From Octopus sinensis (lineage: Eukaryota): 64,000 nucleotides of DNA. Where the stretch lies: the NCBI RefSeq assembly GCF_006345805.1, contig NC_043012.1, positions 46,562,001 through 46,626,000 on the forward strand. The letters are read 5' to 3'. Below the pieces are notes generated by a model that made no database searches, was not told where the DNA came from, and saw nothing but the letters and a program-made list of their open reading frames with translations. Shown piece after piece: positions 1-11,666 of the stretch; the stretch's first letter is position 1; every line of letters starts with the position of its first letter. A program made the translations under genes and the position numbers.

Positions 1-1
1 T

Positions 2-39
<38 letters not shown>

Positions 40-984
40 CATATTTATACACACGCACACTCGCACACACACATATATATATTTATATATATTCACACAT
101 ACATACACACGCAAATTTTTGCAAAATGTAAGAAGCTTCTCAACAATTTTATGTTATCAAACTGGAGGTGCGCCACCACACTGAGTTAGTCACCGTTTAA
201 CACACTTCAGCATTTCTTCCATTCAACTATCTCCAATACCCATTGTTATGTTATAGTATACATAATATTTACTATACAGATCTTTTATCTGAAATGTTTA
301 AGGGACACGTTTTTGGCTTCATCATTCCTGTCATATCTATCAGCGCTTGCTTACGTACATTTAGTAGATATACAATCCTACAGCATCTTATCATATTAGT
401 CATTCCAAACAACATATAAAATAATCTTATCCGATAAAAAAAAAATAAAGAACTTCTCAGAGTTTTTGAAAGTCTTAATAACAATTTTAAGATTAACCTG
501 GAAAGTGTCAGGGGACGTACGGAATATAATCATGGCTACTATATATAGGATGTTGGTTTCAAAAACAGTTAGATCTTATATTATATTAAGATATCTAAGT
601 ACTTTTGTGTTGCAGCGTTTCGTCGCAGTGGGTGCCAGCTTTGCAGAAAAATATAGCGCCTTTCAGTGCACCCGGTTCATCGGTTCTTATCCTTCTTTTG
701 AAGCATCGTAATATATAGCGTATGATATAGTGCAGCTATATTCATAGCGTGGTTCACAGTGTGTAAATTCATTTTTCTTATTTTGTTGGTGGAATCTTGG
801 AATCCTGTAATAAACTTCTGTTTAACCTGCCAATCATATGTGATTTAGCTCTCTAGGAAATTGCAGAGTAACTACACGCGTTAGATGATATATTCTGTTC
901 TGTTCTATTGTAGGTATGCAATCCGGAGAAGAGAGATAAATACCAATTAATAAATATAGAATTTATATGAGTGCAACTTCAATC

Positions 985-1110
985 ATTTAATAAATATAGG
1001 ATTTATCCTTTGATCCGTTCGGGGTCGATAAATTAGGGATCATTTGAGTACTGGGGTTGATGTAATCGACTAGTCCCCTCACCCAAATTCTTGGGCCTTG
1101 CGTGTATAGT
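985..1110 (+). mobile_element. SINE family B, 3' fragment
   Basis: cctttgatccgttcggggtcgataaatt...ctggggttgatgtaatcgact matches the body of the fuller family B copies at 13130-13351 and 59403-59628. Confidence 0.65.
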
Positions 1111-2875
1111 AGAAAAGAATAAAATAGCATTTATATAAGCGCTGCTTCAAATTTCATGCTCAGGTACTATAGTAAACGAACAGGTTTGAATAGCATACCA
1201 CGCACGTTTGGGTAATTGTTCTGGCAATGAAAATCATGGCTCTCTGTGACGCAAAAAATGTGAGAATAAAATGAGACGAAGAAATAATATCAAGAAAAGG
1301 GGATAAGATATCCGTCCATTCTATTTTGGGTATTTGTATGCAATAGCAAAATGATTTGTGGAGGTGGTCGAATGAGGATTGGGAGAAGGACTAAAGTGCG
1401 TTATATTGTGTGTCTTATCTTCGAGTTCAATAAAAGGAATTTGTGAAGACGCTTACATTAAAAAAAAATTGATGTTGTGTTTAGCAGGTGAGTGCAGTTT
1501 TGCCATCAAATAAGGATGTGTATTCTTTCATGTATATAAAGCATGTGATTTTTCAAACAATTAGTTTATGAGCTAGAATTCTGTACGATATTCCGCGTGA
1601 GGTATGTGGTATGTTGCTGTCCTTTAGGTCCCGGTTGTGGTTTGCTATGGAACCTTGGATTCGTAGAAGAGTGAGCTAACCATCCCTGTCTGGATTCCTG
1701 CACTTGCAGTTGTGGTTTTTTACACATATATCTATTTTCCCAACATATATTTATAGATTTATAGTTGCATTGGTCACTGTTTTTTGCGAAAAATTCTGCT
1801 CATCTGCCAAGAAAGGAAAACCTGTGAGTGGACACGATAGGATTTTCCCGCAAAATCATAGCATTTTCACTTTTAGATGACAAGTTTGTGACTGTGTAAA
1901 CGAGCGATAAATTAGCTAATTAAGATAATTAAGAACTTAACCATGCCGAGATATATTAGGGTGTTAAATATTGCAGGACTGAAGGTGAATGACCAATGAA
2001 AATAAAATTACTAATCAAGTAACAAATAAAATGGTAATTTTCTACCTACTGCAATTCACCTTGGGCTTATCATGATTAAAACCTGGTGAAAATGCTCTCC
2101 AACTTGCCAGCGAAGTTGAAATCACGTAGATGTGAAGTAAACGCCTGACTGCTTTACAATAGCTACAACCATATAATCGATTCAAATAATTTGCAATGTT
2201 TTCTTACACATATATATATATTTGCGTATGGCATTTCACCTGTTGATATACACGCCATATATAATTTGCAATACATTGGTTGCTTGGACCTGTGAAGAGA
2301 AGCACTAATAACTAGAATTCCTTTAGGTAATTTTAGAAATGGTAGAGGGGAATTTGCTTGTTAATGATTTAGAGGTTGACACATGTTGTTAAAATATGAT
2401 TTATCTAAGAAGTTTGGCTGTAGAATATTATTATCCCTTACATTATATTGTGGGGTACTGTAAATATGCAGTAAATTATACTAAACCTGTAGGGAATGAT
2501 ATTAATAGTTTAGCCAGTGATTAATGGATAGGACTTTCAATAGCATGGTTCCTATGTGGTACTCATCATGAAATATATCACGGTTCTACGTAAGTGAAAT
2601 TTCAACTTGGAGCGACGTGGTCGGATTATGTTCAAACATAATCTTCGCCATTAATGGTGATAAACTCAGCGATGTTCAATGTTTCGTTTTGTGGGAGTAT
2701 CAACTGAAGGTAGTGCGTATATATCATATTTTTTTAATTACATATAATCCTTTTTAAAGAATTCTATCGATGTATATCGATGCAATGCAAGTCTATTGTA
2801 CTTTAAATGCCCGCGTATATATTTACGTGGAGCTAAATGCACTTCGTATGTATGCATTTACGTATGTAATTTATT

Positions 2876-3535
2876 TATGAGGTGCTATCAGAAAGTTCTT
2901 GCGTTGGTTCTGTGGCGCGCCACCAGATGGCAGCACATAATCGCGAGTGCTATGATAGCTAGCAGTGACCTCTATGAGGCAGTGGGCCGAGTGACATTGC
3001 TGTGTTTAATTGGCAAGCTGTGAAATTTGTGCTTTTGTGATTACGTGTATGCTTTAGTCTGCGATTTTGTTATGGACAAGAAGCTTGGACAAAGATCCAA
3101 TATGACGTTTTGAGTTAAACTTGAGACGACTGATACAAACACATTGAGCATGCTTCGGCAAGTTTATGTCGACGAGGCAATGGGCTGTACGCAATGTTTC
3201 AAGTGGCATGGGGCTTCAAAAGTAGGAGAACATCCCTGGAAGAGGATGAGCGACCTGCAAGACCCGTCACGAGCGTCAAAAGGGAGTTCTACTGGACGTT
3301 TTGAAGCATTTGAGATAGGACACTCGGTGAAAGCAACAGGATTTGTGGAGCACGAAGAATTCGATTCTTCATCAAGCTCTCATCACATGTGAGTTTCTCG
3401 CCAAAAACATGTTATCGCTCCCGCACCCCCCTATTCGCCAGATTTAGCACCTGCCAACATCCAACTTACCCAAAGATAAAAATGCTGCTCCTAGGTCACC
3501 GTTTTAACGCCACTGCTGAGATCCAGGGCGAATCT
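2876..3535 (+). mobile_element. mariner (Tc1/mariner) transposon remnant, internally deleted
   Basis: TIR-like TATGAGGTGCTATCAGAAAGTT at 2876; ATG at 3072 gives MDKKLGQRSNMTF*VKLE..LSMLRQVYVDEAMGCTQCFKWH (mariner HTH region); frameshifted LPHPP-YSPDLAP motif near 3420-3455. Confidence 0.85.
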
Positions 3536-3584
3536 ACTGGAAAGTCAGAATGAAACGTAAATAAAAAAAAAATAGTTAGACCTG

Positions 3585-3950
3585 CGTCAGCCAACCTTTG
3601 TCATCCAACATCATTGTGCAGAATAATTTAAACCCTCTCACGAGATATGCTAATAACATTGATTAATCGATTTATAGTCAATTGCATGCCATCCATCACA
3701 ATGTGGTCAACACGTTCAATGTCTTCCTCGGTGATGGCAGTTGCAGGACACAAAACACTCCGTTCCGTCCTCAATTCAGCCATCCATTTACTTCTACGCT
3801 GTGAATAAAACTGTAGAATCGTCCCCTAATGTAGCAGTCATGTCAGCGTGGATGTCCTTGGAGGTACTTTATCACACTAAATTTTGCCCACTTTCAAGAG
3901 AAGTGGCTACTAGTTACATACGAAGTTTTCATTCAACAGTCAGATATTAG
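3585..3950 (-). mobile_element. mariner transposase N-terminal fragment, second subfamily
   Basis: minus strand reads TSKDIHADMTATLGDDS...PATAITEEDIERVDHIVMDG..LTINRLINVISISRERV*IILHND, the two mariner HTH regions, with stops and frameshifts. Confidence 0.75.
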
Positions 3951-4153
3951 TTTTCATTGAATAAGAAACTAATTTCGTTATTAATAAGATGTGAAATTAA
4001 TACATGCAAGATTTCACAGGTCTTGCATCTTGCATTACTCCGCCATAGGCAGCCTAAGAATATTCCATCTGATCCTCTTATGTATACATATACATACATA
4101 TATTAAGATGTGTGCTTAGATGTGTGTGTGTGGATAGATGGATAGATATATGT

Positions 4154-4187
<34 letters not shown>

Positions 4188-4220
4188 ATGTGTGTAAGTA
4201 TACATAGCTACTTGTGCATA

Positions 4221-5118
4221 TTAGGCAATCCCATAAATAATGCGGTGTTTTCAATTACATCAACTAAAAGTCTATAAACTACCCGCAGCAATTTGCTATA
4301 AAAGTAGGTAGTAAATTACATTGTCCTTAATCTTAGTACAAATTTTGAGGAGTGCGTTTCGATTTTAACAGTTATTTTTTCAAAGCGGTAAAAGAAATGA
4401 CAATGGTGCATATTCGGCATATTTTGCTTTATGAGTTCAATAAAGGCAACAACGCAACGGAAAGTGCGAGGGATATTAATGCAGTATATGAGGATCGGAC
4501 ACTAAGTATAAGCCAGTATCAACGTTGGTTCCAGTATTTCCGAGCGGGAAACTGAAGCCTAGAAGACGAACCTCTTCCTGGAAGATCTGCAGATCTCGAC
4601 GAGAACATCTTGCAAACTCTGGTGGAACAAAATCCCGTCGTAACTGTAGATTTACTAGCAGAGAAGCTTGGATTGCGTCATTTAACGATTCCTAGACACC
4701 TGCGTGCCATCAGAAAACGACCATCTTTGGTTACAAGACGAAATGTTTTCTTCCATCAAGGTAATGCTCAGCCAAATGCAAGGATAAAATTCGAAAGACT
4801 GGAGTAGTTTGAATGGAAAACAATGCCACACCCACTGTACTCGCCTGGCATTGCCCAATTTCATTTTCCTTTATTCCGCAGTCTTCAAAATCATTTGGAC
4901 GGTAAAAATATGAATTCTGGAGACGAGGTTACAACAGTAGTACAGAGGTATTTTTCGTCACGAACAAGTGAATTTTGGAAGGGCGACCTTGCAAGTCTAC
5001 TAGATAGATGAAGAATTGTAGAAAACGAAGAAAAGTATATTTGAAATTTTAAATAATTTTATTTTCATTTTGAAAATAAAAGGTATAATAAAACCGCATT
5101 ATCTATGGCATGACCCAA
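4221..5118 (+). mobile_element. non-autonomous mariner with both TIRs and TA target duplication
   Basis: TA+TTAGGCAATCCCATAAATAATGCGGT matches the reverse complement of the right end at 23/28; TA at 4219-4220 and 5119-5120; HIRHILLYEFNKGNNATE..RWFQYFRAGN*SLEDEP, HQGNAQPNA and PHPLYSPGIA..LFRSLQNHL; the central catalytic region is missing. Confidence 0.92.
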
Positions 5119-5352
5119 TATATATATATATATATACATATATAGAAATATTAAAATTACTAAGTCTCTATAAAAGAGATTATGGCAGCGTTTACTGGAA
5201 ATTAATATGGCATTCTTATAGATATAAGAATAATCGCTGCCATGGTCAGCTCCATGAGGCCACCGTCATCAAGATAGCTATTGATACACGATCTGTATCC
5301 ATTATAACCTTCGAACAAGGGAGGTCAGCCGCTTCACACTGCCAGTCCGACA

Positions 5353-5394
5353 GCTACAGACGCGTTTCGGGGTATTGCCCCTTGTCAATGTAGC
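5353..5394 (-). ncRNA. type I hammerhead ribozyme motif, U3:A8 core, intact
   Basis: minus strand GCTACA-TTGACAA-GGGG-CAATA-CCCC-GAAAC-GC-GTC-TGTAGC. Confidence 0.8.
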
Positions 5395-5730
5395 GCAGTC
5401 AGACCCGCAGATGTCGCCACTGACGTCTCTTTTCGAAGGCTTATATTTACCTAGTTATAATGGATACAAATCGTGTATCAATAGCTATCTTGATGGCAGT
5501 GGCCTCATGGAGCTGACCATGGCAGCGATTATTCTTATATCTATAAGAATGCCATATTAAAATGGCGATAACAATTAATTTCCAGTAAACGCTGCCATAA
5601 TCTCTTTTATAGAGACTTAGTAATTTTAATATTTCTATTATTGAAAACAAGTGGATGTATTCCACTGAAACTAGGTAAATATAAGCCTTCGAACAGAGAC
5701 GTCAGTGGCGACACCTGCGGGTCTGACTGC

Positions 5731-5772
5731 GATACATTGACACGGGGCAATACCCCGAAACGCGTCTGTAGC
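5731..5772 (+). ncRNA. type I hammerhead motif, mutated copy (A9C plus one helix I mismatch)
   Basis: GATACA-TTGACAC-GGGG-CAATA-CCCC-GAAAC-GC-GTC-TGTAGC; predicted site after C5766. Confidence 0.65.
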
Positions 5773-6092
5773 TGTCGGACTGGCAGTGTGAAGCGGCTGA
5801 CCTCCCTTGTTCGAAGGTTATAATGGATGCAGATCGTGTATCAATAGCTATCTTGATGGCGGTGGCCTCATGGAGCTGACCATGGCAGCGATTATTCTTA
5901 TATCTATAAGAATGCCATATAATATGGCGATAACAATTAATTTCCAGTAAACGCTGCCATAATCTCTTTTATAGAGACTTAGTAATTTTAATATTTCTAT
6001 TATTGAAAACAAGTGGATGTATTCCACTGAAACTAGGTAAATATAAGCCTTCGAACAGAGACGTCAGTGGCGATACCTGCAGGTCTGACTGC

Positions 6093-6134
6093 GCTACATT
6101 GACAAGGGGCAATACCCCGAAACGCGTCTGTAGC
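6093..6134 (+). ncRNA. type I hammerhead ribozyme motif, U3:A8 core, intact
   Basis: helix I GCTACA 6093-6098 with TGTAGC 6129-6134; core TTGACAA 6099-6105; helix II GGGG/CCCC; GAAA 6119-6122; palindromic ACGCGT; GUC site after C6128. Confidence 0.82.
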
Positions 6135-6302
6135 TGTCGGACTGGCAGTGTGAAGCGGCTGACCTCCCTTGTTCGAAGGTTATAATGGATACAGATCGTG
6201 TATCAATAGCTTTCTTGATGGCGGTGGCCTCATGGAGCTGACCATGGCAGCGATTATTCTTATATCTATAAGAATGCCATATTAATATGGCGATAACAAT
6301 TA

Positions 6303-6340
<38 letters not shown>

Positions 6341-8181
6341 GTATATATATATAGGCGTGTGTATATATATACATATATGTATATATATATGTATATATAT
6401 ATACTATACATATACATATACATGTACAAATATCTATATATATATATATGTATATAGGTGTATGTGTATATATACATATGTATATACATACACATATAAA
6501 TATATATATGGGTGTGTGTGTGTGTATGCATGAATGTATGGGTGGATGTATGTGTTTCTGTGTGCCTGCCTGTGTTGGTGGGTGCTTGGATAGTGTAGAC
6601 ACTCCGACATTTGGAGAGCTTAAAGCTTTGTTACATCACCTCACATATTTATAGATAAAAGTGCTTAAATGTTAGTTACGCGATATTTCAAGCAATTTAA
6701 TTCCAATTCTTTTTCTCTTTCTCCTCATCAAGCAATTGTTTCGCACAATAGACCACAGAAATGGAGACAACGCATGAATTTTGAATGTACGAACAATGGT
6801 AAATTGCTGCGAATAGCTAACGGAAAGAATTGAATAGAAAGACGGTGTGTGTATGAGTGTGTGCTTTTAGATATATTTATTATTTTTTTCCTTTCTCATT
6901 CACTGTCCTATTTTATGTAAGCTGAACAGATTGGCGTCAATTTAAGACAGGATAAGGCGTTAACATAACAAATCATAACGAATGAATGTGTAGTTGGAGA
7001 GAATGCCGGTTCAGAGCTTTTAAAAGTAGGACACTTTGAAAGCATTGTGATGAATAAAAATTAAGAAAGAAGGCAGGTGCGTGGAAAAGGATTCGTTTTA
7101 AGAGCTCTTTACTGAACACAGAAATAATGCAGTAGCAAATGTGTGTTTGAAACTTGTATTAACGGTTTTAATGAAACGTTAACAGGCGGTGAATAAAATG
7201 TCAAATGCAGCATCTTATAAGTAAGTGCACAGTAGATTACATAGATATTACAGTATTATGATGATCATATAAAGGAGTATATTGAAAAAAATTCCTATCG
7301 CGTGTTGATGGACATTAGCGAACACATATACACTCTTAAGAAAACATACACTTACAAGTGACACTTTATTGAGGTGTGGATATTTAGGGATGTGTTGGTG
7401 TTGCAGACCAAGATCACACACAATATTCTGTCGTATCTATGAATCACTTCTGTGTGTTTTGCAATGTTTTTTATTGAGAAACACACACAAATAGTCAAAT
7501 TTGTCGACATTCTCGTATTTGTATATAGTCATATGTATACAAACATACACCTACATGTTTCGTGTATATTTCATTAAACAGCAACATACTTGTATACATA
7601 TATACATAAAGGTACGCAAGAATAACTTAATATTTAGATATTGGTTAACGAACAAAAATAATCTAATTGAAACTGATTTCAGTAACTGAATCTTAAATAA
7701 TGAATTATTAGCAAACTGGTAAATTGATAATGAATTTTCTCATCAATATGAAAACACTTTCACATACTGCATTCCTATGCAAAACTGCCATTCACTGATA
7801 GAAGTGATATGTTATAGATACCAAACCTGAAAACATTAAGCACTAGAAAAATCTACGGATGGTTGATTCATCAATTGATTGATTAGTTAATTGACTTATT
7901 TAATCACTAATAGTGAAATTTCGGAGTATAGAATTAACTGATATTTTAATTCTTTCCAATAGTTCTGCTCGCTTACAATCAGAGTACTCTAAATAAGAAT
8001 CTTCTTTCCTAGTTTGGAAATTTGACATCCCTTTTTAGCATGTAACAAGACCACATAGTTGTCTCCTCTCCGTGTATAAATTTTATACACTCATATATAT
8101 TGTAAAAATATTTATGCCTACTAGCATTTTTTTACGCGTGCTAACCACTGGGATAACTTATCTTTAATAACGTTTACCTTT

Positions 8182-8251
<70 letters not shown>

Positions 8252-8395
8252 GAGAGATGGAGATGCACTTGCATAGCGAGTGACAGGATCTGAGATCGTG
8301 TGCTGGAACGAAAACAATTGCAGCGTGAAAGGTGTTTATAAACCATTTAAGAAACACACAAAAACCTTTAGATTCGCTTCAACATTTAAATTTAA

Positions 8396-8446
8396 TTTGT
8401 CAAAATATTTTCGTCGCTTTGAGACCGCGACCTGTTCACTGACAAA
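8396..8446 (-). ncRNA. type I hammerhead motif with swapped G3:C8 core pair
   Basis: minus strand TTTGTCA-GTGAACA-G-GTCGC-GGTCTCAAA-GCGAC-GAAAA-TA-TT-T-TGACAAA: 7-bp helix I, 5-bp helix II, palindromic AATATT. Confidence 0.68.
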
Positions 8447-8644
8447 ACTTCGTGCTGCATCTGAGTAAGCAACAGGTAGTTCATGATATATATGTACGTT
8501 TGTATGTTTGAGTGTATGTATGTATGTGTGTATGTGTGTACATACACACATACATACACACATAAATACATACATACACACACACATACATACGTACATA
8601 TATATCATGGACTAACTGTTATTTTCTCAGATGCGGCACGAAGT

Positions 8645-8695
8645 TTTGTCAGTGAACAGGTCGCGGTCTCAAAGCGACGAAAATATTTTAACAAA
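8645..8695 (+). ncRNA. second G3:C8 hammerhead copy (one helix I mismatch)
   Basis: same motif, but the 3' strand of helix I is TAACAAA. Confidence 0.6.
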
Positions 8696-8774
8696 TTAAT
8701 TTAAATGTTGAAATGAATCTATCGGTTTTTGTGTGTTTCTTAAATGGCTTATAAACACCTTCCACGCTGCAATT

Positions 8775-8808
<34 letters not shown>

Positions 8809-9029
8809 TCACATACCCACCTTCCCCTCCTCCATAAGCCCACCCACCCATACACAGTCCTACTCTACCTTCCCTATTTTTCCCCTCCCCCCATCCCATC
8901 ACAACACACCACCCACTCACCCATCACCACATTTTCACACCTACACATACATACACGCACACGTCCAGACCACCAGCCCTCAATCACACGCACATACATA
9001 CTCTCTTATACACATTCGCACCTTCGTGT

Positions 9030-9272
9030 TGGGGGTCATCTTTACTTTGTTATCTCCCCTACTTTCCCTCTCGTGTGTGACCCTTCTGTCCGAGTAAATC
9101 GCCATGATAGATCGTTAGCCACTGCACCTTGTTTTTTCTATGTCCCTTTCTGTAGAAGAGCGTAAGCTCGAAACGTAAAAGACTTTTCTATTCCTGAGCG
9201 TTATACTAACACATCTGTTTGTTTTGTACACCACCTGTCTTCGTCTTTTGTTTGTTTTTTTTCGTAAACCCT

Positions 9273-9275
<3 letters not shown>
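9030..9275 (+). mobile_element. short repeat family F1 (PLE pLTR-like) with minimal HHR-like motif at 9146-9181
   Basis: CTTT-CTGTAGA-A-GAGC-GTAA-GCTC-GAAAC-GT-A-AAAG; shared 3' tail cctgagcg..atactaa..cttcgtcttttgt ending at (TA)n; homologous copies elsewhere in the window. Confidence 0.75.
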
Positions 9276-9340
<65 letters not shown>

Positions 9341-9360
9341 ATAGGTAGATTAATAGAGAC

Positions 9361-9473
<113 letters not shown>

Positions 9474-10019
9474 CGTATATTTAACCTATACAAGATTTTG
9501 AAACGATGGACTGAAAATAAGTATTCAAAAAGAATTTTAAATAGAAATTGTTTGCTTCTGACTTGATGGACAACTCTATATTATACAACGGAGAGTTTAT
9601 ACAAGAAAATCCTTAAACGGCTATACCGAGGGACATCTTGTTATGACCCCGAAGCGACTGCATCGTTTTAAAGTAGGGAAGCAAATCCAACGATTACAAA
9701 TTGGGTCGATTGAAACATGTGTTGGTTTTAAAAGGCAATGTTTAATTATAGAATTGAAGTTAATGCTATTGATACTTCGAAGTAATCCTTATTTTTATTA
9801 TTGTTAGTATTTATACTCCAGGAAACCTATATGGTTAAGGATATATTCAGAATTCTCCAAAGGAATATTCCTCCAATTTCTTATTATGTAGGAACTTTGT
9901 TGGATTTACATGTCAACTGTTTTGACATATTTTGATTACCTAACTGAGAGCAAACTGGCAATCGCTTTGGGGTAATCCTTTAATTTTAGTAATATATGTA
10001 CACACACACACCACACACA

Positions 10020-10324
10020 CCCTTATGTTAGAGCTGGTCACTCAACCCTATTATCTCCCCTAATTTCGCTCTCGCGTCTCATGTTTGATCTTTGACTTCT
10101 GGCCGAAATCAGATCGCCATGTTGGTTCGTTAGTTACTGCACGCATTTTTTTTTTCTCCTTCTTTCTGTGTTTTTTTCTCTCTGTGTATCTTTCTGTTGA
10201 AGAGCGTAGGCTCGAAACGTTAAATACTTGTTTTATTTATATTTCCTGAGCGCCATACTAATACAATTGTTTGTTTGTTTTCCACCTGCCTTCGTCTTTT
10301 GTCTATTTTCATAAAGCTTTCCGT
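10020..10324 (+). mobile_element. F1 family copy, HHR-like motif at 10191-10223
   Basis: CTGTTGA-A-GAGC-GTAG-GCTC-GAAAC-GT-T-AAA; ends ccgt then (TA)n. Confidence 0.75.
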
Positions 10325-10363
<39 letters not shown>

Positions 10364-10407
10364 ACACCGCAGATACCGCTTCGTCAAAATAATAAATAAA
10401 AAATAAT

Positions 10408-10452
<45 letters not shown>

Positions 10453-10470
10453 ATATATATATACATACAT

Positions 10471-10514
<44 letters not shown>

Positions 10515-10518
10515 ATAT

Positions 10519-10552
<34 letters not shown>

Positions 10553-10553
10553 A

Positions 10554-11607
10554 TAAATCCTTAAATCCTTAAAAATGTTTTAGCCCGAAGGCCGCGGCCA
10601 TGCTGGGGCACCACCGCTGAATGAGCTACACTAGTTTGTGAATCCACCTCTGATACGTGGCACTTGATCAACAAGGGAGTTCGATGCTGCTGCCCGCATC
10701 CGTGTCTCCTGTCGTGAGGTAGGTTCATCTGGGACTCCCAACAAGAAGAGATCCAGTTTAGTTTTAAAGAAACCCACATCCACACCATGTAAGTCTCTCA
10801 GGCATTTAGGGAGGATGTTAAAGAGCTGTGGTCCTCTGAAACCCAAGCTGTTGCAGTATCTGGACCTGTATTTTGATGGTGATGTTGGAATCCTTGGCAC
10901 CACGCAGCGGCGCCCCGTTCTGCGGTTGGAGTAACTTTGAATGCCAAAGTTTGGGACAAGACCCTCCAGGATTTTCCAGATGTATATCACTGCATATCTC
11001 TCCCGCCTCCGCTCCAGGGAGAAGAGGTTTAATACCTTCAGTCTTTCCCAGTAGCTGACATTTTGCATTGAGACGATTTTCTTTGTGTAGCTTCTCTGAG
11101 TTGCTTCGAGTTCTGCTGTTTGTTTTATATTGTGTGGTGACCAAAGTTGGGAGCAGTAGTCCAAGCGGCTGAGGACAAATGTTTTCCATAGGACCATCAG
11201 TGTCTCCTTCTCTCTTGTTCTGAAAGTTCGGAGAATCCATCCAGCTAGCCGTCTGCATTTTATCACCAGATTAGCAATATGCATTTGGAAAGATGCATCA
11301 TTGCTCATGTCAATGCCCAGGTCACGCACTGATTTTGACTCAGGGATTGCAATTCTTCCTGGGCCAGTGTATCCAGTCTTCACGTCATTTACCTTTGTGT
11401 GCAGTAGCGCAGGGCCTGGAACTTACCTGCATTAAACTGCATGTTGTTGTCCTCAGCCCACCTGTATATTGTGTCCAGCTCATGTTGCAGATGCGCAATA
11501 TTTTCAGGGTTTTGTATTGCGTGGGAGACTTTTGTGTCATCTGCATAGCTAGCAAGGGTGGTCATCGTAGCAACTGAAGGCATGTCTGAAAGGGCCACTA
11601 TGAACAT
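10554..11607 (-). mobile_element. 5'-truncated CR1-type LINE (RT C-terminal half, 3' UTR, short repeat tail)
   Basis: SYADDTKV, QFNAGKFQ, VRDLGI, SRLDYCSQLW, YWERLKVLNLFSLERRRER; one frameshift near 11394 joins ORFs 11389-11610 and 10631-11383; tail AAGGATTT twice; (TA)n on both sides. Confidence 0.93.
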
Positions 11608-11608
11608 C

Positions 11609-11666
<58 letters not shown>

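Larger units (their letters stand above)
5143..6306. repeat. 362-bp HHR-bearing unit: one inverted copy followed by direct tandem copies (retrozyme/pLTR-like array)
   Basis: 5143-5454 is the reverse complement of the unit; 5455-5670 is partial, 5671-6032 full and 6033-6306 partial, all direct; period 362 (ttgaaaacaa at 5641 and 6003); (TA)n on both flanks. Confidence 0.92.
8312..8778. repeat. about 467-bp foldback (inverted pair of an HHR-bearing unit, with inverted microsatellites at the centre)
   Basis: aaacaattgcagcgtg...gaccgcgacctgttcactgacaaaacttcgtg on the left mirrors cacgaagttttgtcagtgaacaggtcgcggtc...cacgctgcaattgttt on the right; symmetry centre near 8540. Confidence 0.9.

Noticed and set aside
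1100-2200. Possible very old PLE RT on the minus strand (PIVS-like and NYPN-like patches)
   Set aside because: The matches are too short and scattered to distinguish from chance without an HMM search.
5650-5674. Hairpin AGTGGA/TCCACT followed by CTAG, resembling a Helitron 3' end in the 362-bp unit
   Set aside because: The stem is only 6 bp, no TC 5' end follows, and array ends do not coincide with CTAG. The hammerhead explains the unit better.
5143-6306. CRISPR-like or satellite interpretation of the tandem units
   Set aside because: There are no unique spacers and no cas genes, the context is eukaryotic, and the units are 362 bp and near-identical.
9712-9725. GAAAC-AT-GT-G palindromic helix III-like motif
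   Set aside because: It has G at position 17 and no 3:8-paired core or helix II upstream.
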